From: Methanobacteriota archaeon
GTDB taxonomy: Archaea; Thermoplasmatota; Poseidoniia; Poseidoniales; Poseidoniaceae
Length of the DNA stretch: 64,000 nt
Direction: 5' to 3'
Assembly: GCA_018662825.1 (NCBI GenBank)
Contig: JABJFI010000065.1
Coordinates: 4,223-68,222 of the forward strand
A program made the position numbers and the translations under genes. Under the pieces are notes generated by a model. The model did not search any database. It saw only the letters and a list, made by a program, of their open reading frames with translations, and was not told where the DNA came from. Shown in pieces: positions 26,038 through 36,200 of this stretch (the stretch's first letter is position 1; every line of letters begins with the position of its first letter).

Positions 26038-28850
26038 TAATTCTCACCATCCATCTGGCGCTGTTCTTTCTTCAACCAAGCACGACCTGCAAGTCCAAGT
26101 TCAGCGAGTTGTTCAGGGTCGGGTTCTGTAGCAATGCGCCAACCTTCGACTTGGTCTTCCAATGGTATCGTTGGGTCAAATCCAAACAAAACTCCATTGA
26201 CATAGGGACTTGTGTCCTCCGTTCTTTGACGTGCTTTGTCACGAATTTTATGTTCTTGTGCTCGAGCAACCAATTTTTGTTGCATAGAACTGAAAGTGAG
26301 AGTTGGTGAGGGTAAATCCGTCGGATCGTCGAATTCTGAAGCCTTGAGGGCTTTTTCGATGCCTTTGTACACCACATCGGGTGTGAGTGGGAGGTTTCGC
26401 AAACGTATTCCAATCGCATCGTATACAGCGTTAACAACCGCAGGTAGAATTGGAAGCAAGGGGCCTTCGCCAGCCTCTTTCGCACCAAATGGTCCTTCTG
26501 GGTCACATGATTCGATGATAATTGGTTCAACATGAGGCATTTCATGAACGGATGGGATTTTGTAATCGAGAAGATTTGCATTTTGCAAATGTCCTGTTCG
26601 ACCGTAAACCATCTTTTCTGAAAGTACTTGGCCCAGCCCCATATGGCAAGAACCGATGATTTGACCTTTGACTGCTAATGGATTGAGTGCTTTTCCACAA
26701 TCGTGGGCAGCCCAAACATTGGTACATTGAATAATTCCAGTTTCAACATCAACATCGACTTCAGCAACATAGGCCGAAAAGGAATATGCTGGCGCCAAAC
26801 CGGCCGCTGCACCTTTGTGAACTCCGCCCATTGGTGGAGAACGGTAGGCGCCACTTGCAATCAATGCACCTTTGTCCTCTTGTGCTTTGTGAAGTGCCTT
26901 GAGATATGATACTCCGATTGCTGGGTCGTGTTTGTAATAGATTCGGCGGTCATTCAATATCAAATTATTCGGATGATAACCAAGTATCTCCCAAGCGGCA
27001 TTGAGTAGTTGTTCACGTATTTCGAGTGCAGCTCGAATCGCAGCATTTGCATTCATGAACGTGACTCGGCTTGAATAAGAGCCCAAATCAACGGGTGATG
27101 TATCGCTTTCATGACTTCTAACATGAATCATTTCTATTGGTAGAGCAAGAACTTCTGAAACCACTTGAGCAACTGCAGTTGTCGAACCTTGTCCGATGTC
27201 AGCTGCTCCAGTGTGTACAGTCACGCCGCCATCCATGTCAACTTGCATGTGAACCGTTGCGTGCGGAAATCGATTTGGGTCCCAATGAATCGGTAATCCT
27301 GAACCAGAAATGAAGAATCCACAACCTATTCCAATGCCTTTACCAAGCGGCATCTTGCGGAATTTTTCATCCCAATTTGAGCCGGTTCGGACTTTTTCAA
27401 GTGCCTCTCGCATACCGTTAGAAGTAATTCTAAATCCGCTTATTGTTCGACTATGTGGTGGCAGAAGGTTAGCCAAACGCAAATCAATAGGGTCGACTTG
27501 CATCGTTTCTGCCATTTCATCCAATCCGACTTCTACTGCACATCGAGTGTTGACTGCTCCATGACCACGCATGGCACCTGAAGCAGGTTTGTTTGTCCAA
27601 ACTCTTGCACCGGTGTAATGGAATGAACCCAGTTCATACGGTGCAGTTGCTAATACTCCATTGTAATATGAAGTAACATGCCCAAAAGATGCAAAACCGC
27701 CACCATCGATGAGTGCGTCAATATCAAAACCTGAAATTCGAGCATCTTCATCGGCAGTCATCTTGACTTCGATATGGCTTGGGTGTCGACCTCTGTTAAT
27801 CCAGTAGACTTCTTCTCTATCGAATGTGATTCGGACTGGCCGACCTGATTTACGCGCCAAAATCGCAGCACACATCTCATGGGGGAACGGGTCCGATTTT
27901 CCACCAAAACCGCCGCCGACAAAAGTTCGAATGACATTGATTTGGTGCATAGGTACGTCAAGAACTGTTGAAAGCGCTCTATGGGTATAATGTGGAACTT
28001 GCTGAGGAGTGTAGAGTTGTAAACGCCCATTTGGACCCCAATGAGCCACTACAGCATGCGGTTCAGTGAATCCGTGATGGACTCCTGCCATGCTCCATTT
28101 GCCATGGGATTCTGCATGTGGTTTTTCGACCAAGGAACGGTCTCCGAATTCTTGGAATACTCGCTTTTGAACATTGGTCTTTGCTAAGTGGTACTTGCCT
28201 CGCCAATGAATCGGCTCATCGACATCTTCAAGTCCTTTTTTCGGGTCAAATACTGGTTCAAGAACTTCCCATTCTATGTCAAATAAATTGAGTGCCTCAA
28301 GTGCAGTTGCTTCATCAATTGCAGCAACACATGCCACTAAATCGCCAACATGCCGAACTTTCTCGACCGCCATTGCGTGTTCATCTTTCGTCACTGGAAG
28401 AACTCCAAAACGATGAGGGGAATCTGCACCTGTGGCAACTGCTAGAACACCGGGAAGGGCTTCAACTCGAGATGTATCAATCGATTTTATTTTGGCATAA
28501 TGGTGAGGGGAACGAAGAATCTTGCCTATCACTTCATTTGGCAAGCGTACATCATCTCCATACCATGCTTGACCAGTAACTTTCGCATTTGAATCTACCA
28601 AAGGCATCTCTTTTCCAACACTGGTTCCAGTTCGTACTCGGTCGTGGATGTGAGAGCCTGCAGGTTGCGGTTCTTTTCCACCTACCGATTCAGGAATAAA
28701 ATCAAGATCCCGGGTCGCCATCTTTGGTTTGGAGCCGCCAGAGCCGGGAGGGGGGAATGCTTGCTTTCCTGCTACACGCTTACCATCTTTACGAGTCGTG
28801 TGGCCGGAGCCACCGGGTTGTTGACGGTATCCTCCTGACATGAAAATCAC
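26037..28850 (-). CDS. molybdopterin-binding large subunit, xanthine dehydrogenase / aldehyde oxidase family
   Basis: AKVTGQAWYGDD, VGGGFGGK, GAMRGHG and FGAKEAGEGPLLP motifs. It has about 80 aa of extra N-terminus and about 100 aa of extra C-terminus. The start overlaps the small-subunit stop (ATGA). Confidence 0.9.
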   Translation of the reverse strand: MIFMSGGYRQQPGGSGHTTRKDGKRVAGKQAFPPPGSGGSKPKMATRDLDFIPESVGGKEPQPAGSHIHDRVRTGTSVGKEMPLVDSNAKVTGQAWYGDDVRLPNEVIGKILRSPHHYAKIKSIDTSRVEALPGVLAVATGADSPHRFGVLPVTKDEHAMAVEKVRHVGDLVACVAAIDEATALEALNLFDIEWEVLEPVFDPKKGLEDVDEPIHWRGKYHLAKTNVQKRVFQEFGDRSLVEKPHAESHGKWSMAGVHHGFTEPHAVVAHWGPNGRLQLYTPQQVPHYTHRALSTVLDVPMHQINVIRTFVGGGFGGKSDPFPHEMCAAILARKSGRPVRITFDREEVYWINRGRHPSHIEVKMTADEDARISGFDIDALIDGGGFASFGHVTSYYNGVLATAPYELGSFHYTGARVWTNKPASGAMRGHGAVNTRCAVEVGLDEMAETMQVDPIDLRLANLLPPHSRTISGFRITSNGMREALEKVRTGSNWDEKFRKMPLGKGIGIGCGFFISGSGLPIHWDPNRFPHATVHMQVDMDGGVTVHTGAADIGQGSTTAVAQVVSEVLALPIEMIHVRSHESDTSPVDLGSYSSRVTFMNANAAIRAALEIREQLLNAAWEILGYHPNNLILNDRRIYYKHDPAIGVSYLKALHKAQEDKGALIASGAYRSPPMGGVHKGAAAGLAPAYSFSAYVAEVDVDVETGIIQCTNVWAAHDCGKALNPLAVKGQIIGSCHMGLGQVLSEKMVYGRTGHLQNANLLDYKIPSVHEMPHVEPIIIESCDPEGPFGAKEAGEGPLLPILPAVVNAVYDAIGIRLRNLPLTPDVVYKGIEKALKASEFDDPTDLPSPTLTFSSMQQKLVARAQEHKIRDKARQRTEDTSPYVNGVLFGFDPTIPLEDQVEGWRIATEPDPEQLAELGLAGRAWLKKEQRQMDGEN

Positions 28851-29485
28851 CGTGCGTGGCCAGGAGGCATGTTTGGTTCGTCAGGCCCGTCTGGATGAGG
28901 GTCGGGGTGAGCATCACTTGCTGGTGCTGCTGCAGCGACTTCACCACGGTGTATCGCAGCTGCTCCTTGAATAGATTCGATGATTTGTTGATATCCTGTA
29001 CAACGGCAAAGATTTCCTTCGATTGCGCAAGCAATTTCTTTGTCGGTTGGTGTGTCATTTTCATTCAACAACGCTTGAGCGGTAATCAGGAAGCCAGGCG
29101 TGCAAAAACCACACTGAGAGCCACCATACTCCGCAAAACACGATTGGATAGGTGCTAAATGCGCACCGTCTGCTAAACCTTCAACCGTAGTTATTTCAGC
29201 ACCTTCAAATTGGCCAGCCAAGCATAAACATGAGAGGCGCGGGGTTCCATCTACCATAACTGTGCAACAACCACATGTGCCCAAATCACATCCACGTTTT
29301 ACACCGAGTGTTCCGACCTTATCGCGAAGTACATCAAGAAGAATTGCATTGGAAGCAACGAGGGTTTCCACAGGAGTTCCATTCACTTCAGCAGACCAAA
29401 TATTCTTGTCAGGAGCGGGAATCATTTCGATGTGTTCGCTGCCTACCATAATCAGTCGCCAAAGGCGACGTGGTGGAGCCCGCAT
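28847..29485 (-). CDS. [2Fe-2S] small subunit of molybdenum hydroxylase (CoxS/XdhC-iron-sulfur type)
   Basis: GCDLGTCGCCTV and GFCTPG..CRCTGY cluster motifs. The true start is uncertain (29485, 29449 or 29425). Confidence 0.85.
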   Translation of the reverse strand: MRAPPRRLWRLIMVGSEHIEMIPAPDKNIWSAEVNGTPVETLVASNAILLDVLRDKVGTLGVKRGCDLGTCGCCTVMVDGTPRLSCLCLAGQFEGAEITTVEGLADGAHLAPIQSCFAEYGGSQCGFCTPGFLITAQALLNENDTPTDKEIACAIEGNLCRCTGYQQIIESIQGAAAIHRGEVAAAAPASDAHPDPHPDGPDEPNMPPGHAR

Positions 29486-29536
29486 ATCAACATAGGGTAT
29501 GCACTTCGTTGAGAGTGTATCAAGTCTTAAATGGTA

Positions 29537-31138
29537 TCAAAGCGCAGTCGGTTTTCTTTTTTTCACCGAGACAACATCATCTTTGCCTGCAGGAGGGTCT
29601 ACCCAATCTTCATCACCAGGCAAAATTAGCCCCTCACCTAAACCAACTAAACGCCCAGCAAGTTGCCTTTGATTGGTAACTAATTCATCCCAATTATATT
29701 CTTCAACTTTCCATGCTTTCCATCGTCGGATTTGACGCGATTTGATAATTAATCGAGCGTACAATTTCATATGGAGTTTTGCTGAAGTAGGCCACCATAA
29801 AAACAGAATACTGAATACCAATAGGGGGGGTAAATTCGTTAACAAAGCCAGCAACCAATGCATCTGTAATATTTCGTTAACTGGGCTGGCTTCAACAAGT
29901 AATAGCCATGTAACTGCCCCCGATATTATTATCCACCAAAGTGGGAAAAAAACCACTGCAGTAATTACTTTCAGAGTACCAATAATCGATTGTTCTGCAC
30001 CTTTCTTTTTCATTATTTTAATCGCAAGTGCATTTCCGCGATATGGGGCTAGATTTCCAATGACTGCGCTCCATGTGATTAGCCCTAACATCCAAACTGC
30101 AGCCCATGCCCATGATATGAACAATCTCGCTGACGCAGCTCTTGTAAGACGCTCAGGGCGAGCATCAACATCTAGTGGCACTAAATTTCGTTGTTCTAAC
30201 TCCTCAAAATGATTTTCACAATCTTCGACTAACTGTGCGGTCAAAGTGGGTTTATTTTTAGCCAGATATTCCCAGCCGGCTCGAATACGGCGAGCGCCCA
30301 TGACCGATTCAGCATAGGTTGGTTTGACTAATTTTCCACCTGTTTGGCGGATTTTTTCGGCATAAGCCAAACTTCTACCTTTCCAAATGAGCGTTCTTTC
30401 TCGCCATGTGGTTTTTGAGAGACTTGCTCGTTTTAATTCTGTTCCAATAGAGTCGGTGACCGAAGAAACCCATTCTCTGTCAAGTAAGTCTTGTTCCTCT
30501 TCATTGGATGTCGATTCAGGAATATCTTGAAACTCCATTACTCGTTCAACGATGACCGCAGCACGCTCTCGAAATGTTTGCGATTCTGAATAGTGGAGGC
30601 CGATAGGAACCAAATGAGGCTCTGGCTTTCCTTCCAGTAATGCTTTTCGACGTGCTGCAAGGAGGATGCGAGCAGCACCAGAACGTGCGCGTTTGACAGA
30701 AGAATCTGTGTGCGTTGTTCCTTCAGGGAAGATAATCAATCGACCGCCATCTGCAACAACTGAAGCCACGTTGTCTAATTGTTGCTTATTTCGAGTTTTA
30801 GAACCCGTCTGGTCAGTACTGTCTTGAGCACGCTCGATTGGAACAGCACCCGCACTCCGTATTAACTTCCCCAAAATTGGAATTTTAAACAGTGTATGTT
30901 TGGCAATCATCGAAAGTTTACCCGGTAATGATGCATGCATGAGCATCGGGTCAATCAGCCCACTTGGATGCCAAGAAATGAAAATTACGCCGCCTTCGTG
31001 TGGAATGTTTTCATCATCGACAATATTGATTTCTCGAAACCAAATACTGACCAAAGATCTAGAAACACGACGAAGAAAACGATACACGCGATTCATGCGT
31101 GGATGACCTTTTCCTGTGGGGTCTTTCGGCCAGCGCAT
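29537..31138 (-). CDS. PlsC/LPLAT-superfamily acyltransferase with C-terminal membrane domain
   Basis: ISWHPSGLIDP (H..D motif I with one extra residue), GAVPIER and IIFPEGTTH (motif III). There are 3-4 TM helices in the C-terminal third. Confidence 0.65.
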   Translation of the reverse strand: MRWPKDPTGKGHPRMNRVYRFLRRVSRSLVSIWFREINIVDDENIPHEGGVIFISWHPSGLIDPMLMHASLPGKLSMIAKHTLFKIPILGKLIRSAGAVPIERAQDSTDQTGSKTRNKQQLDNVASVVADGGRLIIFPEGTTHTDSSVKRARSGAARILLAARRKALLEGKPEPHLVPIGLHYSESQTFRERAAVIVERVMEFQDIPESTSNEEEQDLLDREWVSSVTDSIGTELKRASLSKTTWRERTLIWKGRSLAYAEKIRQTGGKLVKPTYAESVMGARRIRAGWEYLAKNKPTLTAQLVEDCENHFEELEQRNLVPLDVDARPERLTRAASARLFISWAWAAVWMLGLITWSAVIGNLAPYRGNALAIKIMKKKGAEQSIIGTLKVITAVVFFPLWWIIISGAVTWLLLVEASPVNEILQMHWLLALLTNLPPLLVFSILFLWWPTSAKLHMKLYARLIIKSRQIRRWKAWKVEEYNWDELVTNQRQLAGRLVGLGEGLILPGDEDWVDPPAGKDDVVSVKKRKPTAL

Positions 31139-31237
31139 GGATAAAGCACAGCGTTCTAACTTTTGAGTTCATCTCCGGTAATCAATGCCAATTGGTCTTT
31201 TTTAGAACACTGATTGCATACCCAATTATTGCGAGGG

Positions 31238-33217
31238 TCATTTCGTATCTTGGTCACGCAAGGTATTGAAATCAATTCCCGCAAGCGTTCCTTCTTCTTT
31301 GTTCGAAATAATATTGACAACAAAAAGGACGATGATAAAGAGAATTACAAAGATACCTATCGCCATGACCACCGAAGTACTAGACATTCCGCTGGTTGCT
31401 ATTTTTGTATCGAATGCGGAATCGGTATCCATTAGCATTATGTTCGCTGAAATCAATGGAGATGAAGTGTGACCTCCTGAGTCATTTGCTTTGATTCCAC
31501 GTAGAGAAATGGTATGATTCCCTTCAAGGTCGATACCTGGTAAGTGCTCGAGTTGGTGAATGATATCAATGGCTGTCAAAGTTCCACTGCTATCGCCATG
31601 GTCAAAACTGTGAATGTTCGACCAATCATCACGCAAGTGGTTGCTACGCCATTGAACTGTATCGACATTACCCATCGCAGAAAAATCCAAAACGTCATCT
31701 GGGAACATATGGATTCTATTATCTTGACCGTTTTCAGTTGTAAAAATAATTTCTAATGATGTATCGAAGGCATAATCGCGTTCCGCTGCTTCGTAAACAG
31801 CATCCAGAGCACGAACTTCGCCGTGACCGTAGACATTGTTTTGACGATTCTTTGGAATCATATCTTCCACACAGGGTTCGTTTGCCAACATGTATTCACA
31901 TCGACGATAAGTTGCTGTTTCTTGCATAATATTTCTAATATCGAACGGCGAAAGGTCTGGATTGGCTTGATACATTAGGGCAGCAACTCCTGCAGCACCT
32001 GGTGTGGCCATTGAAGTTCCCGACATGTCTGTGTATTGGTCTCCAGTGTTGAAAGCGACTGACATCACATTACTGCCAACATAAGCAATGTTTGGTTTGA
32101 CTCGCCCTTCTTCGGTTGGACCTTGGCTCGAATAGACTGCGATAGCGGAGTTCTTGTCGAGCGCACCCACAGTAATAGCGTCTTCAGCAGAACCTGGTGT
32201 TCCGATTTGAGCAGAAACAGCGTTATTACCTGCAGCGATGAATATAGCGACACCAGCAGCCATCATTTCATTGGCGTAGCGGTTAACGCTGTCTTCTTCC
32301 GAAGATGTCCATTCAATCGCACCTGGCCCTCCAAGGCTCATCGATGCTGCTCGAATATTGAATTTGTAGCGATTCTCAACAGTCCATTCCATTCCAGCCA
32401 TCACTGTGGCAAAAGAACCCGAGCCGCCTGCATCAAGAACTTTGACGCCAACAAGGAATGCTTGTGGTGCCATACCGACGTGGTCATAATTTGGCGCCCC
32501 AGTTCCTGCTGTTGTTCCAGCGCAATGGGAACCGTGCCCTTGGTCATCATATGGGAAAACTTCAGTACCATTTACAAGACTTGGATTATTGACTGGGTCG
32601 TAGAATGCTATGACTTTGGGGTCGTTGGTTGAATTATCATCATCCAAATCATCAAGACTTGCGTGAGCACCATCGATTCCTGTGTCGATGATGGCGACGG
32701 CAGAACCTGCTCCGTCGTATCCAGTCTCCGCCCACACTGTATCGACGCCATGGAGCACGGCCGAGTCGCCATTGGCAGTGGATAGTATTCCATCTAGTTC
32801 GAGCATGACAACGCCCGGAAGTGTTGTTGCATCGAGAATGTGATTGACAGGCACTCGGCCTGCTAATGCATCAATTCCTTCGAGAGTCCATTGATATTGG
32901 AAATCAATTTCACGCTCAAGTAGAGCGATTTCAACTTCTCCGGGTGTATGGTCAAAATCTATAATTAGTGGCAGTGTGTTGTCTTCATCGAGGAAATATG
33001 GGCTGTCTTTATGGACTTCAATCATGTCACCGATGCCGTTTCCATTTCGGTCAACAGTAGTTTCAACCCACCAACCTTCATCAGGTTGTTTTGAGGATTC
33101 AGACACAGGTACTGCCATCACTAATGTGGGCAATACCATGATACTCAAACAGAGGAAAGTGATTGCTTTACGGGTTATCATCATTTCTTCACCAGCAAGT
33201 CCAAAACGCATCAACAT
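31238..33217 (-). CDS. subtilisin-like serine protease (peptidase S8), membrane-anchored
   Basis: Triad contexts AIIDTGIDGAH, HGSHCAGT and SGTSMATPG. It has an N-terminal signal and a C-terminal TM VVMAIGIFVILFIIVLFVV. Confidence 0.9.
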   Translation of the reverse strand: MLMRFGLAGEEMMITRKAITFLCLSIMVLPTLVMAVPVSESSKQPDEGWWVETTVDRNGNGIGDMIEVHKDSPYFLDEDNTLPLIIDFDHTPGEVEIALLEREIDFQYQWTLEGIDALAGRVPVNHILDATTLPGVVMLELDGILSTANGDSAVLHGVDTVWAETGYDGAGSAVAIIDTGIDGAHASLDDLDDDNSTNDPKVIAFYDPVNNPSLVNGTEVFPYDDQGHGSHCAGTTAGTGAPNYDHVGMAPQAFLVGVKVLDAGGSGSFATVMAGMEWTVENRYKFNIRAASMSLGGPGAIEWTSSEEDSVNRYANEMMAAGVAIFIAAGNNAVSAQIGTPGSAEDAITVGALDKNSAIAVYSSQGPTEEGRVKPNIAYVGSNVMSVAFNTGDQYTDMSGTSMATPGAAGVAALMYQANPDLSPFDIRNIMQETATYRRCEYMLANEPCVEDMIPKNRQNNVYGHGEVRALDAVYEAAERDYAFDTSLEIIFTTENGQDNRIHMFPDDVLDFSAMGNVDTVQWRSNHLRDDWSNIHSFDHGDSSGTLTAIDIIHQLEHLPGIDLEGNHTISLRGIKANDSGGHTSSPLISANIMLMDTDSAFDTKIATSGMSSTSVVMAIGIFVILFIIVLFVVNIISNKEEGTLAGIDFNTLRDQDTK

Positions 33218-33289
33218 TTGAACCCATTGAAATATAGTTCAGCAGTATTGAAAGAAAACAATAGTGATGAAGATGGACGAAAATATCCC

Positions 33290-36200
33290 ATGAACGGGTC
33301 AATAATTAAAGCCTCTTTGCAAATAGTAACTTTGATTGATATGGCCGCTCCAAGACGTTCCGCACCACGGAGAATGAATGTACAGACTCAAGGATTGTTA
33401 GCGAAAGCCAATATTCCAACTACAACTGATTCCATTTTTACCGATTCGAAACCTACCGAACAGCCCATGGTTATTCGAGCACCAGGAGACCCCATTTCCA
33501 ATTCTAATCGCGCGATGATGAAATTTTCACAACTAATCATGATGTGCATTGCTTTAGCAGCCATATGGGGGGGATTATTCCAAATTGCATTTGCAGATGA
33601 TGCTACCAATTCGGATTTCTTAATACTGTTTTTAGGTGGTTTGTTATCCGCTGGTATTGCAATTGGATGGATTGAGGCTCAAAGTAAAAAGAATGACCAT
33701 GTGTTGTATGAAGTCCAAGATTATATGCTCGGAATTGGATTCTTTTTTGCGACAGTGGGTACTATTTGGGGTTCACGATGGGTGATTGGTTTTGTTACTG
33801 GAGAAGGCTGGACTGAACTGTTTGGTTCTGCTGCTGAGTTCAATGCAAAAGGGTGGATTGATGGAGATACTGGAATATGGGTTGACTGGCATCCAAATGC
33901 AAAGGCAATCTACGTCCAAACTGCAGCTATGCTTGCCTTGATTTTTGCTGAAATTCAACTCTTAAAACGCTTCAAAGGTGCCACGGGTTTTGGACGTGCA
34001 GTCGCCGCCTATGCCCCGATATTGGTATTACTTGCAGCAGGCATGGGCCCTTGGATGAAATGGACGGACAACATCATTTCCTATGAGATGGGTCTTTCCC
34101 TTATTCTCCTGTGTTTTGCAGCCATGGAAATGGCGTTACGCTCCAATAAAGCCCTCAATTTTGTTGTTGTAGCCGTTGTTTCTGGATTTATCCCAATTAT
34201 CTTTGAAGTATTCAACACCAATGCTGAATCGAACGGGGCAGGAGGGGCAATTTCTCTCCTCATATTCATTATTGCCATACAGGGCTATTATGCCTCTCGA
34301 CAAGAACTGCGTTCAGAATTAATTCAAAAAGCGTCAATTGTGCTGGTTGGAGAAATCGTATTTGCGATGTATATTGCCCGTATTGAAAACTTAAATCTAC
34401 ATCTTGGGCCGATAAAGTCAACTGAGTTGGGTATTGAAAATATCTTTGGGTTAAGTGTCGCTCTATGGGTCGCAGTCTTGATATTTTATTTCCCCGCAGT
34501 ACAACAACGTAGAGTGCCATGGATGCCGATAGGCTTGGCTGCAGCCCTCGTGATGTTGCCAAATGATGGCAGTATGGTACCTTGGGCTATCACTCTCTTA
34601 ATGGTGCCATACATGTTGTTTATCGCTAAAGCGACACGGCGTTGGGTCGCAGATTACACATTTAGTGCGTTAGCACTTGCTTACTTTTTCACCGATTTAT
34701 TTGCCAATTTCAACAATACCCCTCTTTCCGAAACTTTTGGATTTGATGGCATGCAGGTCATCATTCCTATTGCCCTATTCTGTATTTCTGAATTCGCTAG
34801 ACAAAACGACAAAATCTCGCCTTGGACCCACTTAGTTATGCTTGGGTCACTTGTTCTATCTAGGACCATTCTTCAGGCAGAAGATTGGTTCATGCCATGG
34901 ATTTTCATCGCATACATGTTATATCTTTCTCGAAGTACATTTAGCCGTCTCTCCATGGAAAGTCCTTGGGAGGAAAAAATGCAAGCAACCCTTGTGTCAG
35001 TCATTGCCTTTGTTTCAATGACTATACTCGCCCTCCTAGACCGTATCGAGGTACCTGCATCTTTGGAACAAATACCACTCCCTGAATATTTTAACTATCA
35101 AATCTTCATAATTGGAGCATTAGGATATTGGGCACTCTATGCATCTCGTGAGATTGAATTAGATTTGGGTCTACTATTCAATTGGACAAAACGATTTGCC
35201 ATAAGTGCACCATTATATGACCCTGAAACTAATTCTTGGAATGTTGCAAACGCTGGAGAGGTCTCCGAAAGGGAGGACTGGGTCGAAAAGAATAGTTGGA
35301 GCCAATTGACTCGTATTTCACTTCTTATTCCGTTTTTCATGATGAGTTTCAGCCTCATTACTATGGTTAATCCATGGGGAAATGAATTTGACTGGGATGG
35401 TGCTGAATCGTTGATAACCTATCCATGGGCTTTGCTCCTTCTTTTTCCAATAATTGGACTGGTTCTTGAAATAAAAAATATGGAAATTATATCCTCTGTC
35501 GTTCGTTCCGCCGGAGTTTGGGTCTTGTTCACAATCGCTCTGCCACTAAGTGTGAGTTTCAATATTCTTCGAAGTGAAATGCAATTTTTAGAAGAATATC
35601 AAGATACTACATGGGTTCCTATCCCAATTATGTATGATATTATCCTCCTAAGTGCGCCACTTTACGTCAACTGGCTTATCACGAAACGCGGGATCGATGA
35701 AGACCACCTCTCGGTCAACGCTGATGCTTGGGCAATGCTTGGACTCTTAGGTTTAGCTTGCCTTGACACATCAGGTGGATTATTGATTATCTCGATGTTA
35801 GGTTTGGTCACTGTACGATGTGTCAAACATCGCCATGTTTGGCCATTGATGCTCTCCCCAATTGCCTTATTCATTGTCAATTCTCATTGGCTAGATTCGG
35901 CAGGAATTGCGAGATATATTATTGAAATGACCAATCCTTCAACCTATGACTTTGCAGAATATGGATTCCTTTCCCTTACACAGCTGGGCGGTATTTTCAT
36001 TACTCTTCAAATGGTATATGTTCTTATTATGGATAACAAATATGTCCAACAAAGTGAAAATGGACGTGAACCAATGCCTTGGTTTGGTGTTTGGGGATGG
36101 GCTCTTGTCGGCGTGATTAGTGCAAGTTCAAGCGTTGGTTGGATTCCAGCCATATTGTTTGCCTACCTCATCATCAATTCTTGGATGAGTGGAAAACTCG

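Noticed and set aside
26072-26581. 169-aa alternative-frame ORF, and other ORFs of 60-100 aa, inside the large-subunit gene
   Set aside because: They are embedded in a strongly supported CDS and have no motifs or ribosome-binding sites.
26037-28850. Calling the Mo-enzyme an aerobic CO dehydrogenase (coxSLM)
   Set aside because: The large subunit lacks AYRCSFR or AYRGAGR-type active-site loops and has GAMRGHG instead. Only the generic xanthine dehydrogenase-family call is supported.
29742-30212. 156-aa ORF antisense to the acyltransferase gene
   Set aside because: It is a shadow ORF within the C-terminal membrane domain of the real gene.
32123-32632. 169-aa ORF antisense to the S8 protease
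   Set aside because: It lies opposite the catalytic-core coding region (HGSHCAGT...SGTSMATP), and its translation is Cys/Ser-rich and featureless.
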